Virus record (IMG/VR): IMGVR_UViG_2816332575_000002
Span: 40,885 to 104,884 of that record
Length of the DNA stretch: 64,000 nucleotides
Source of the DNA: a virus
Taxonomy: Duplodnaviria; Caudoviricetes
Strand: one strand, 5' to 3'
Shown here: positions 27,414 through 36,981 of the stretch, piece after piece
How the letters are laid out: every line of letters begins with the position of its first letter
Numbering within the stretch: position 1 is the stretch's first letter
Position numbers and translations under genes: made by a program
The notes under the pieces: generated by a model
The model's database searches: none
Told to the model about the DNA's origin: nothing
Seen by the model: the letters and a program-made list of their open reading frames with translations, nothing else

Positions 27414-30134
27414 ATGGCTCAGTACGGGCTCGATTTCTACGCCCAGTCCCGATACGGCGTCGATGTCCGCGTCGAATACAGCGTCGAGCCCGTCACCGCG
27501 GAATCCGTCGCACCCCGCCAGATCCAGATCACCTGGTCCCCATCCCGCGAGGACTCCTGGACCCGGCTGCGTCTGGTGCGCAACCGGTTCGGCGTGCCCG
27601 GCGACGCCAACGACGGCGACGTGCTCTTCGAGAGCGCGCACGAGGGCCTGGTCGCCACCTACCTCGACACCGACCTGCTGCCCGGCCGCCCGTACTACTA
27701 CGCGGTGTTCGTCTCCGTGCCCTACCCGGCCTGGTCGGTGGCAGCGTCCTACCAGGTCGGTGACTGCGTCACCTACGGCGGCGCCACCTACCTGTGCCAG
27801 CGCCCCGACACCGGCAGCACACCCGGCCCGGCCTCCGAGGTCTGGCGCGCGAGCACCAGCACCCTGGAGTGGGTCCGGGCCGGAACAGCAGGCGGCCTGT
27901 CCGTCGGCGACCACCGCTACGCCCAGCGCCTGTACTCTCTCCTGCCAGCTGCCTACCGCACCGCACCCCGCGAGATCACCACCGACAACGCCGGCACCAA
28001 CCAGAGCCTGACCAAGTTCCTGACTGTCCTCGGCCTGCCCCTGGACACCCTCAAGTCGCAGATCAACCTGCTGACACGGCTGCACAACCAGTCCACCACC
28101 GCCAGTACGCACACCGAGCGCGCCGCCGCCATGCTCGGCCTTGAACAGCCCCTGTCCTCCCGGCCGCAACTCCGCCGCGCTCGGGTCGCCCACGCCAGCC
28201 GCACCGACCGCGCCAAGGGCACCGAAGCCGGCCTGCAACAGCTCATTCGCGACCTGACCGGCTGGGACTGCGACATTCGCACCAGCACCAACCTGCTGCC
28301 GGACCAGGACCAGTCGGGCCCGTGGCACCCGGCACTGACGCCGTGGTCGGCCGGCGTGCGCTACGCGGCGGGGGAGTACGTCACCTACGGCGCCCGCACC
28401 TACCGCGCACGGTCCTCGGCCCGCCGCATCGCCGCCCCCTCACTGCTGCCGCCCTCAGCCGTCCAGTCCCAGGGCAGCGTCCTCGCCGAGACCGACAAGC
28501 TCGGCACACGCGTCCTCGGAAAGGATTTCAAGAACGGCGACTCTGTCAGCCTCAAGCTCATCGTCGACACGGCTGCCACCTACGACATCGCCGTCCTGTA
28601 CACCACCGCACCGAACTACGGCACCTGGACCATCAGCCTCGACGGCGAAACGCTGCGCACCGTCGACGGCTACGCCCGCACCCAGTCGACCGCTACGGCC
28701 ACCCTCGGCCGCCGCCAGCTGGGCCAGGGCGACCACATCGTCAGTTTCCGTAGCGTCGGCGCCAATGTCGCTTCCCGCGGCTGGCAGCTCGGTATCAACT
28801 CCTTCAGCCTCACCCCAACCGACCAGCGCCTGTCCTCGGTACCTCCGGCCGGGCATCCGGACAGCTCAACGTTCTGGGAGGAGGTCAGCGCGCCGCCGCG
28901 CGACTGGGGTCTGGAGACTACCCCCGCCACGCTCGATCCCTCCACCTGGTGGCTGCGAGCCGACGACACCGCGGCCCGGACACCTCCCGGCACCCTCGGC
29001 AGTCAGAGCGCCGTCACACCGGTCGACGGACCGCACAGCCAGTACGCCCAGGCCGCGCTCGCGGTCACCGCGCCACGCGCCGCCTCCTACACCCTTGCCT
29101 CCATCGCGCCGGCCCAGACCCGGCCGTGGGACGCTGCCACCGTCTACCGCGTCGGCCACCTGGTCACCCACCAGGGCAGCACCTGGGAGGCCCTGGCCAC
29201 CTCCTCCGGGCAGACCCCGGGCCAGGCCAAGGATTTTTGGGCTCCCTCCCTGACCACTGCCGGCCAAGTGGTGCCCGACCCGGCGCTCGTCGCCTCCGGC
29301 GGCGTCCCCATCCCGCGTACCTACGCCTGGTCACCGGAACGCACCTACCAGCCCGGCGAGATCGTGTCCTACGGGCGCTCCCGCTTCGAGGCGATCACCA
29401 CCACACAAGGCAACCGGCCGCCCAACGACCGACGAGACGCCGGAAGTTGGTCCTACGCCGGGCCGGATATAGAGCTGATCACTGCCTCGGCGCACGCCCG
29501 CTACGCCGACGGCACCAAAGTCAACAACGCGACCTGCGAGATTGCTTGGTACGACCAGGCCAGCCGCCCCCTGCCGCAGCTCACCGCCACGGCCGCCACC
29601 GCGGCAGTCGTCGTGCGTGACCGATTCGACGTGGGCCTCAGCACTTTGGCAGGCGCGGCCGTCGGTACATCCACCCAGCAATGGATCATCAGTGGCGGAC
29701 AGTGGTCGGTCTCCGCCGGCGCACTGTACGCCACACCCACTCCTGCCGCCAACGGCACCTACCTGACCACTGCAATAACCACCGCGCCTCCCGGCCCCTT
29801 CAGCCTCTCAGCCACCGTCTTGTCCCGGCCCGCAGATCCAGGCGCCCTCCAAGGGCTCTGCTTCCACCAGAAAGCACCGCCCGGCGACTTCACCCTGGCC
29901 GCACGCGACGGGCTCTACCGCATCCGCACGACCAGCGGCTACCAAGCCGACCTGCTGGCCGCCTACCCAACCCTGGCCGACGGCGACCGGCTGACCGTCA
30001 CCTGCGACGGCGCACGCACCCTCGTCATCAAGAAGGCCACAGCCGACGGCCTGACCACCACCGACCTTGCGCGCTACACCTACCCTGCCGACCCGGTAGG
30101 CGGCTACGTGGGCCTCGCAGAGATCAAGAGGTGA
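27414..30134 (+). CDS. Baseplate wedge/tail protein I-like with carbohydrate-binding repeats
   Basis: LYxLLP, KGTxxGL; four WxxxxxYxxGxxVxxxGxxY/W/F repeats. Confidence 0.75.
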   Translation: MAQYGLDFYAQSRYGVDVRVEYSVEPVTAESVAPRQIQITWSPSREDSWTRLRLVRNRFGVPGDANDGDVLFESAHEGLVATYLDTDLLPGRPYYYAVFVSVPYPAWSVAASYQVGDCVTYGGATYLCQRPDTGSTPGPASEVWRASTSTLEWVRAGTAGGLSVGDHRYAQRLYSLLPAAYRTAPREITTDNAGTNQSLTKFLTVLGLPLDTLKSQINLLTRLHNQSTTASTHTERAAAMLGLEQPLSSRPQLRRARVAHASRTDRAKGTEAGLQQLIRDLTGWDCDIRTSTNLLPDQDQSGPWHPALTPWSAGVRYAAGEYVTYGARTYRARSSARRIAAPSLLPPSAVQSQGSVLAETDKLGTRVLGKDFKNGDSVSLKLIVDTAATYDIAVLYTTAPNYGTWTISLDGETLRTVDGYARTQSTATATLGRRQLGQGDHIVSFRSVGANVASRGWQLGINSFSLTPTDQRLSSVPPAGHPDSSTFWEEVSAPPRDWGLETTPATLDPSTWWLRADDTAARTPPGTLGSQSAVTPVDGPHSQYAQAALAVTAPRAASYTLASIAPAQTRPWDAATVYRVGHLVTHQGSTWEALATSSGQTPGQAKDFWAPSLTTAGQVVPDPALVASGGVPIPRTYAWSPERTYQPGEIVSYGRSRFEAITTTQGNRPPNDRRDAGSWSYAGPDIELITASAHARYADGTKVNNATCEIAWYDQASRPLPQLTATAATAAVVVRDRFDVGLSTLAGAAVGTSTQQWIISGGQWSVSAGALYATPTPAANGTYLTTAITTAPPGPFSLSATVLSRPADPGALQGLCFHQKAPPGDFTLAARDGLYRIRTTSGYQADLLAAYPTLADGDRLTVTCDGARTLVIKKATADGLTTTDLARYTYPADPVGGYVGLAEIKR

Positions 30135-30136
30135 CC

Positions 30137-31843
30137 ATGACCAGCATCGTGATCAACGACGAGGCGCTGCTCCAGCCCCACGCCGCAGCCCGACTCGCCT
30201 CACACCCGCCCGCTTTAGAAGGCGCGCTCGCCGTACCCGTCAGCGGCTCGGCTCGTGTCGTCTCCGGCGGCCCCGGCGCCGCCTACGCCGATTTCGGGAT
30301 CACGCCGTACAACACCACCGCCGACAGCACCCGCACGGCACGCATGGACCCGGCTGCTCTCCACGTCCTTTCCGCGGGCACCAGCGACGCCAACGCCGGC
30401 TGGCGCCGCAGTGAGATCACCACGACGGTCCCTACCGCGGCCCGCTATGCCGAGGTGCGCCTTCGCCTGCCCTTACTGGCCCAGGGCGCCCAGGTCCAGG
30501 CAGGCTCGGTGATGGTCACCCGGCACGCCTCTGTCAATCTGCTGCCGCGCAACGCCGCCTATCACCTGACCTCCTGCTCCTACGCCGGCCAGGCATGCCG
30601 AACCGCCCTGTCCGCCGACCGCTCCCTCGTCGGCGCCCGCAGCCTGAAATGCGAGCCGACCGGCACCGACACGTGGGCCGGCCCGCAGCCCACCGCAGCG
30701 GCTCTGGCGCGCTTGGAGACCACGAGCAACCCGCTCATCGTCACGGGCTCCGTCACCAACGCCGCGGCGCGGCCGGGCGAGCTGCTGGCGCACTTCTACG
30801 ACACGGACCAGAAGCTGCTCGCCACGATGACAGCTGCCACTTTCACCACGGACGGGGCCTGGGCCTGGTCGTCGTACCAAGGCATCGTCTCCCCGCCCGC
30901 CGGCGCCATCTACGCAGCCGTCACCCCACGTCTTCAGACCACCGACGTCTTCTATTGCGACGCTTTCGGCCTGCGCTACCAGGCCCTGCGACCCACCCGA
31001 CCCGCACAGCCGTACCAGGCAGCCAGGCACCTGACCCTCGACCTGCGGGCCACCCGCGTCAACCTCGCCCGCAACCCCAGCTTCACCAAGGACGCAGCGG
31101 GCTGGCTCACCTATGTACCCGGCACGCCTGACACCGCCGTCTCGGTCGGTTCCTCGGTCGGCCGCACCCGGCCAGGCGCCGCCGTCTTCTCCGCCAACGC
31201 AACCGCACCGGAAGCGCCTCCGGTCGGCACGCGCATCGGAATCGGCACCACCACCGGAACGCAGGAGACGGCCACCGCGCTGGAGATCGTCCGCCCCGGC
31301 CGACCGCACACCCTGTCGGTGTACGTCCGCGACGAGCCCACGAGCCTGCCCACGCGCCTGTACGTAGAAGTCACCAGCGACATCCCTGGCCAGGGCCTCG
31401 CCCGCACCCTGCTGCGCAGCGACACCACCACCGAGGTTCGGCAGACCCATCCCGAGCACACCGACGGCCCTTGGACGCGGCTTCACGTCACCTGGACTCC
31501 GCCGACCGGAGGCCACCGCTGGACGACTGCCTGGATCGGCCCGGAGCCCGAGTCCTGGCGTCAGGGGAGCAGCAGCTCCTTCGCAGTTGACGACCTGCTC
31601 CTGGAGGAGGGCCCGCTGCGGGAGTACTTCGACGGCGCAGGCCCCGGAGGCAGCCAGCACCCCGACTACCTGTGGGAAGAATGGCGCACGGACGAACACG
31701 CCCGCTCGCACTACTACCGAGAACGCCGCACGCTTCAGCGCCGTCTCGCCGAAATGCTGGCCGACCATATTCCGCTCGGAACGCCGTACGACCTGCGGTA
31801 CGCAGCGCCACCCGGAAACACGGAAATCGGGGGAGAGCGTTGA
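30137..31843 (+). CDS. Tail protein with carbohydrate-binding-like domains (two TTA codons)
   Basis: NLxxNPSF, YFDG, SHYY patterns; GGTG RBS or alternative GTG start at 30131. Confidence 0.65.
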   Translation: MTSIVINDEALLQPHAAARLASHPPALEGALAVPVSGSARVVSGGPGAAYADFGITPYNTTADSTRTARMDPAALHVLSAGTSDANAGWRRSEITTTVPTAARYAEVRLRLPLLAQGAQVQAGSVMVTRHASVNLLPRNAAYHLTSCSYAGQACRTALSADRSLVGARSLKCEPTGTDTWAGPQPTAAALARLETTSNPLIVTGSVTNAAARPGELLAHFYDTDQKLLATMTAATFTTDGAWAWSSYQGIVSPPAGAIYAAVTPRLQTTDVFYCDAFGLRYQALRPTRPAQPYQAARHLTLDLRATRVNLARNPSFTKDAAGWLTYVPGTPDTAVSVGSSVGRTRPGAAVFSANATAPEAPPVGTRIGIGTTTGTQETATALEIVRPGRPHTLSVYVRDEPTSLPTRLYVEVTSDIPGQGLARTLLRSDTTTEVRQTHPEHTDGPWTRLHVTWTPPTGGHRWTTAWIGPEPESWRQGSSSSFAVDDLLLEEGPLREYFDGAGPGGSQHPDYLWEEWRTDEHARSHYYRERRTLQRRLAEMLADHIPLGTPYDLRYAAPPGNTEIGGER

Positions 31844-31906
31844 TTGTTGTGCGTCTGAGAGGCGACTAAAGTGTAAGCATCCACGAATACCACACTCAGG
31901 AGAATC

Positions 31907-32920
31907 ATGGCGCAGCGCACCGTGCTCGTTGCAGGCACCGGAAGTATCAAGAGGGATGCGGTCTACGAGAACCTGGCTGACTGGCTCGGATACAAAAAGG
32001 AGGACGACGATGAGTACCAGCCGACCAGCCGGGCGACGCCGACAGAGTTCGTTTTCCTTGCGCATCCGGAGCTGACGACGAGAACGGTGCAGTACGTCTT
32101 CGACTGGACCGGTGCTGCGGAGATTGAATACGTCAGCTTCTACAGCGAAGCCGATGCCGATCACAAGAGCGTCGGGATCGTCAACAAGTACGCGCGCGCC
32201 AAATACCCTTGCGCCGACATCGACGACATGCATGCGCAGGCAAGTCCCTTCCTCTCACGCTGCGATGGGGAAACGATCCTTCTGGTGCTCACGGACCCGT
32301 CGGAGACTGAAGGCACGGACGCCGGGGTCGACCAGCTCATCGTCGATGTCGCCAAGCACGGCGTGACGGTGCTGGACCTGGGATGCGCTCTTCACGAATA
32401 CCCGGTGCAAGCAGCCATGGACCGCCTCACCGAGGAAAACTCGGAGGAGGAGTGTGATGAAGAGCCGGCCGAGGTGGAAGGCGCGCCGCAGCCCGAGTCT
32501 CTCGACATTCAAGAAGACATCGCGGCGGCCCACCATGCTCAGTCGGCAACCAATGAGCCTTCCGCTCCGCTCCCCCTGGAACATCAGGTAGCCCGACTGG
32601 CGCGCACACTGGCTGAGTACATCAGCCTGACAGGGCCGACCTTCGGCGCTGACGAGGAACAGAGTGCCCTTGCCCTGCACGACATACAGGACACCTTGGC
32701 CTCCATCGAGAAGGACCTGGCCGCAGACACTCCTGATTCGAAGGAAGAACTCGCCGCGGTACCGGAGAAGCGAGCCGCCAAGGGAAGCGTCGTCAAGCGA
32801 GGTTGGTACGACGACGAGGAGAAGGAGTGGAAGCCTGTGAAGGGGCGTCCGCGCAGGAACGTACAGATAGCGGATATCACCTGGAACGATACCGAAGGTA
32901 AGTGGGAGCCCGCCGTCTGA
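31907..32920 (+). CDS. Phage hypothetical protein, acidic
   Basis: AGGAG RBS; beta-strand-Gly N-terminus (VLVAGTG). Confidence 0.65.
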   Translation: MAQRTVLVAGTGSIKRDAVYENLADWLGYKKEDDDEYQPTSRATPTEFVFLAHPELTTRTVQYVFDWTGAAEIEYVSFYSEADADHKSVGIVNKYARAKYPCADIDDMHAQASPFLSRCDGETILLVLTDPSETEGTDAGVDQLIVDVAKHGVTVLDLGCALHEYPVQAAMDRLTEENSEEECDEEPAEVEGAPQPESLDIQEDIAAAHHAQSATNEPSAPLPLEHQVARLARTLAEYISLTGPTFGADEEQSALALHDIQDTLASIEKDLAADTPDSKEELAAVPEKRAAKGSVVKRGWYDDEEKEWKPVKGRPRRNVQIADITWNDTEGKWEPAV

Positions 32921-32930
32921 GGCAAATGGA

Positions 32931-32974
32931 AGGCCCCACACCAGCAGTGGGAGAGGAATGCTGGTGCGGGGCCT
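32931..32974. terminator. Hairpin after the 31907 gene
   Basis: AGGCCCCACACCAGCA...TGCTGGTGCGGGGCCT. Confidence 0.5.
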
Positions 32975-33496
32975 GATGGGATTGCCGGTTGGAGCCAGGC
33001 CGAGCCATCCCGAACAGTATAGGCAGGCGCATATCGCGAAGGCAATACCCGAAATTCCCTCGTGAAGGAACAACTAAAACAGGGCAGTTGGTGTGGGCTC
33101 CGTCACGATTGCGGACGGAATGAAAACGGATCGCGGAATGTTTCTCTGGCCGTTACCCAACGCCTGGGTCACCGTTCCGGCAGGTCAGCCGTTTATCACG
33201 GCTGCGAAGCTGCCGTCTACTGCTCTATCGCTGAAGAACAACTCGCTATGAATAGTTGCTCCTGAGCTTGCGAAGGATGGGGCGAAGCCCCCGTCACCCA
33301 CCGCCGTGCCGCAGGGGACGAAACTCTGTCGTCCGGCATCTTTCCGTCCACGGACGTGCCCGCCATCGCTGCGCCTTCGGCTTGCGAGCAAGTGAATACC
33401 AACAAAGCGAATGAGTTGGTGACGTCTTGGCGGGTGGGCCGGCGGGTGTTTACGTTTCCAAGGTCAGTTCCACTGCACCGGGAGAGACGGAAACCC

Positions 33497-34024
33497 ATGA
33501 CCTGGCAGCCACGGAGACTCGAACCCAAGCCGCGGCGCAAGCAGCGCACCAACACTGAGGACGAACTCAACCCTTTGCGGGCGGTGCAGGAACAACTGTG
33601 GGAGCAGCCGGAACCTGAGCCTGTCAAGAAGGAGAAGCCGGTAGAGGAATGGAAGGCCAACGACCTCGTCAACTACTGGTCGAGGTGCATCTCCCGAGCC
33701 CGCTGGGCTGACCACCTCATCGGCCACACCAATCGAGGCGGCCTCGGCAAGACCTTCCGCGAGGCCCTCGACGCCGGGCACAGCCCGGCCGCCCTCAAGG
33801 CCAGCATCGACACCTTCTTCGGCACTCCCCGCTACCACGCAGCAACAAGGCCCTGGACGCTGTACCGCTCGGTCATCAACGAGCTGCTGCCCAAGGCCCC
33901 CACGCAGAGCCCTGACCCGTGGGGCGGCGCCCAGCAGACCGAAGTGCCCCGCGAGATCACCGACAACTGGGCCGGGTACACGAAGAAGCCGGCCGACCCG
34001 TGGGCCGCGGCAGCGAATCGATGA
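33497..34024 (+). CDS. Hypothetical protein, possible replication initiator partner
   Basis: ATG at 33497; coupled to the DnaC-like gene. Confidence 0.55.
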   Translation: MTWQPRRLEPKPRRKQRTNTEDELNPLRAVQEQLWEQPEPEPVKKEKPVEEWKANDLVNYWSRCISRARWADHLIGHTNRGGLGKTFREALDAGHSPAALKASIDTFFGTPRYHAATRPWTLYRSVINELLPKAPTQSPDPWGGAQQTEVPREITDNWAGYTKKPADPWAAAANR

Positions 34025-34686
34025 GGACAGCCAATTCCGCATACCGCTGGCGCCGAATGGGGTTGCCCGGCCGCACTTGGGGAGTTGGGCTCCCTCAGCT
34101 CGAAGACCCGCTCGACGAGCTGGTCTCCTTCGTCCTGGACTGGGACTGCCGGTACGTGTCCCAGGCAACGCCCCTCGACGGTTTCCCTGCGGACAGGTCC
34201 CGCATTGGCCGCGGCGTGATGCTCTCCGGCGATCCCGGCCGCGGTAAGACCACGGAGGCGTGCGCAGCTCTGGTCAGCGTCTGCACCCGGTACAAGGTCG
34301 ACGGGCATTTCATCCGCTTCAGCGACTACATCGAGGCGAAGACGCGGCACATCTCCACCTCGTCCAAGGTGGACAAGGGGCTCGGCGGCGAGCTGGCCCT
34401 GGCCGCGGTCGAGCGATTCGAGGAGCTGGAAGCCCGGCTGTACTCCGTGCCCCTGCTCGTCCTGGACGACGTCGGCAAGGAGCACCGAACGGCCAGCGGA
34501 TACGCGACCGGGCAGTTCACCACGCTGCTGCGCCACCGCTACGACGCCATGCTGCCGACCATCGTCACCACCAATCTCCGCGGCGGGGAATGGGCGGCCG
34601 TCTACGACGAGTCAGCCGCCTCCTTCGCGATGGAGGCATTCGACATCGTCTACGTCCGCGGGCCCGATTACCGCGCCGTCGCCTGA
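34021..34686 (+). CDS. DnaC/IstB-like helicase loader ATPase
   Basis: GDPGRGKT, LLVLDDVGKE, PTIVTTN. Confidence 0.85.
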   Translation: MRTANSAYRWRRMGLPGRTWGVGLPQLEDPLDELVSFVLDWDCRYVSQATPLDGFPADRSRIGRGVMLSGDPGRGKTTEACAALVSVCTRYKVDGHFIRFSDYIEAKTRHISTSSKVDKGLGGELALAAVERFEELEARLYSVPLLVLDDVGKEHRTASGYATGQFTTLLRHRYDAMLPTIVTTNLRGGEWAAVYDESAASFAMEAFDIVYVRGPDYRAVA

Positions 34687-34723
34687 ACTCCTCGCCACTG
34701 CTTACCACATCGGATGGACACCC

Positions 34724-36004
34724 TTGGCGCACGTCGAGCACAAGCTCATATCCAAGATCATCACGAGTGGCGACCTGCGCAGCGCCATCGCCGCCGGCAT
34801 CAAGCCTCGCCACTTCCACGACCCAGACCGCCGCAGCGTCTACGCCTCCCTCCTCGCCTACCAGCAGGAGTACGGATGCGCCCCCACAGCCGACGTCCTG
34901 CGCAAGGACTACCCCACTTTCAAGCTCCTCGATGTTGAAGAGCCGCTCGCCTACTTCATTGACTCCATCCGCGAGACGAAGAAACGTGCCCTCACAGAAA
35001 AGGGCCTGACCCTCGCCGCGGAAACGTGGGAAGAAGGCGACACCGAGGAAGCGCTGCGCCTGGTCCGCGAGATGCTCCAGACCATCGCGGACGACGTGCC
35101 GTCCGGCGTCGACTACGACCTGGCCCAGACCGGCGACGAGCGCCTGGAGCGCTACCAGCAGTACGCGGAACTCGACGGCGAACTCCGCGGCCTGCCCACC
35201 GGTTTCGACTCGCTGGACAAGGCGACCGGAGGGCTCCAGCCTGGGCAGCTTATTGTTCTCACGGGCCTCGCTAAATCCGGAAAGACGCAGCTCGCACTCA
35301 CAGTGGCCCAGCACATCAACTCGCTGGGCTACACCGTCCTCGTCTTCTCCTTCGAAATGGTCGCCTCCGAGCTGAGCGAACGCGTCGACGCCATCGCGGC
35401 GAAGGTGTCTCTGACCAAGCTCCGGTCCGGCGAGCTGGACAAGCTCGAATTCAAACGGCTGGAGAAGGCCATCCGCAAGATGGAGGAGGCCGCGACGCCC
35501 TTCGTCATCTCCGAGGACGTCAAGGCCACCACCACGCTCGGCTCTATCCAGGCGAAGATCGACGAAGTCAAGCCCGACGTCGTCCTCATCGACGGCATCT
35601 ACTTCCTCCGTGACGAAATCACGGGCGAGAAGATGACGAACGCGGCGCTCACCAACATCAGCCGAGGCAGCAAGCAACTCGCGCGGGCCTGCGCCATTCC
35701 CGTGATCGTCACCACGCAGTCCCTCCGGTCGAAGTTGGGGGCGGGCGGTCTGGCCGCCGGCAGTGTCGGCTACACCTCCGCCTTCGAGCAGGACTGCGAT
35801 GGGCTGTTCGGCGTGGAAGCCACCGACGTACCAAAGGAGTCCAAACTCAAGATCATGGCCTCCCGGAACTGCCCCACCGATGAATTCCTCCTTGTATGGG
35901 ATTACGAGACGTCGACCTTCCAGGAGGCCAAGGTCGACTTCGGCTACGGGCAGGGGGATGATGATGCCGCGGACGACGAGTGGTTCGACCGCCGGGCGGC
36001 GTGA
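34724..36004 (+). CDS. dnaB: DnaB-like replicative helicase
   Basis: GLPTGFDSLD, GLAKSGKT, FSFEM, VLIDG, FEQDCD. Confidence 0.92.
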   Translation: MAHVEHKLISKIITSGDLRSAIAAGIKPRHFHDPDRRSVYASLLAYQQEYGCAPTADVLRKDYPTFKLLDVEEPLAYFIDSIRETKKRALTEKGLTLAAETWEEGDTEEALRLVREMLQTIADDVPSGVDYDLAQTGDERLERYQQYAELDGELRGLPTGFDSLDKATGGLQPGQLIVLTGLAKSGKTQLALTVAQHINSLGYTVLVFSFEMVASELSERVDAIAAKVSLTKLRSGELDKLEFKRLEKAIRKMEEAATPFVISEDVKATTTLGSIQAKIDEVKPDVVLIDGIYFLRDEITGEKMTNAALTNISRGSKQLARACAIPVIVTTQSLRSKLGAGGLAAGSVGYTSAFEQDCDGLFGVEATDVPKESKLKIMASRNCPTDEFLLVWDYETSTFQEAKVDFGYGQGDDDAADDEWFDRRAA

Positions 36005-36965
36005 CGATCTCATCCCCGGAGACGTACTGTCCGCCCTGGCCGACCTCGACGTAGAGATCCTTGGTGACGACGGAGATAACGTCCGCATCCGCTGCCCCGC
36101 CCACCTGTCGCGTACAGGCAAGGTTGACCGCCGGCCTTCCTGCTACGTGCACACCGGAAGCGGCCAGTTCATCTGCTTCTCCTGCGAGTGGGCAGGCTCC
36201 TTCGCACGCTTCGTGGCATTCATGCAGAGCACCGATTCGGCACACGCGAACGCCTGGATCGCCTCGAAGGGCACCATCGGCCGCGCCCTTCGGCTGCTCA
36301 AGGGTGACGGCCGTCACCGCGAAGTTGAGCCGGGCGAGCCGGTGTCCGAGGCGCAGATGGTCCTGTTCACCACTCCGCCTGAAGCCGCTCGACGCAAGCG
36401 CGGCCTGACGCTCGAAGCCTGCGAGAAATTCGGGGTCCGATGGGACTTGACCCGCCGCTGCTGGATACTGCCCATCCGCACCGCGGAGGGCCAGTTGCTC
36501 GGGTGGCAGGAGAAGTCGAAGCGGCACTTCCGCAACTACCCCGATGGCGTCTCGAAGGGGGAGACACTCTTCGGTGCCCACATCGACTTCGACGGCCCTC
36601 TGGTGCTGGTGGAATCCCCTCTGGACGCCGTGCGGCTCTACTCCGCAGGAATCGAGGGTGGTAGAGCGACCTTCGGTGCTCACGTGTCGCGCGAGCAGAT
36701 GAGCCTGGCTCTCGGTACGGCGGACACCATCGTCCTCGCCCAGGACAACGACGCGGCCGGCCGGTCCGCCCGCGCCAAGCTCTACTACGCCTACCGCTGC
36801 AAAGGCAGCGTGCTCAAGTATTGGCATTACTTGGACACGGGGGCGAAAGACCCAGGCGAGATGACCGACGAAGAGATCCGGGCCTGCTATGAAGCCTCAT
36901 ACACGCCCCTCCGCCGACGCCTCAAGCAATCCGCGGCATACCGAGTAACACAAGTCCAGAGCTAG
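35961..36965 (+). CDS. DNA primase (Zn finger + TOPRIM)
   Basis: CPAH..CFSC, VLVESPLDA, DNDAAG, KDPGE; start approximate. Confidence 0.85.
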   Translation: MMPRTTSGSTAGRRDDLIPGDVLSALADLDVEILGDDGDNVRIRCPAHLSRTGKVDRRPSCYVHTGSGQFICFSCEWAGSFARFVAFMQSTDSAHANAWIASKGTIGRALRLLKGDGRHREVEPGEPVSEAQMVLFTTPPEAARRKRGLTLEACEKFGVRWDLTRRCWILPIRTAEGQLLGWQEKSKRHFRNYPDGVSKGETLFGAHIDFDGPLVLVESPLDAVRLYSAGIEGGRATFGAHVSREQMSLALGTADTIVLAQDNDAAGRSARAKLYYAYRCKGSVLKYWHYLDTGAKDPGEMTDEEIRACYEASYTPLRRRLKQSAAYRVTQVQS

Positions 36966-36981
36966 GGGCGAGCCTTAGCGG

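Noticed and set aside
13324-31843. Canonical Streptomyces extracellular contractile injection system
   Set aside because: No AAA+ ATPase, DUF4157 or PAAR gene seen; neck genes, a tape measure and adjacent replication genes point to phage origin.
22468-31843. Diversity-generating retroelement or invertible tail-fibre cassette
   Set aside because: No reverse transcriptase, invertase or near-identical nucleotide repeats seen.
33231-33330. Hammerhead ribozyme (CTGAAGA ... GACGAAAC)
   Set aside because: Stems II and III cannot be formed with the required geometry.
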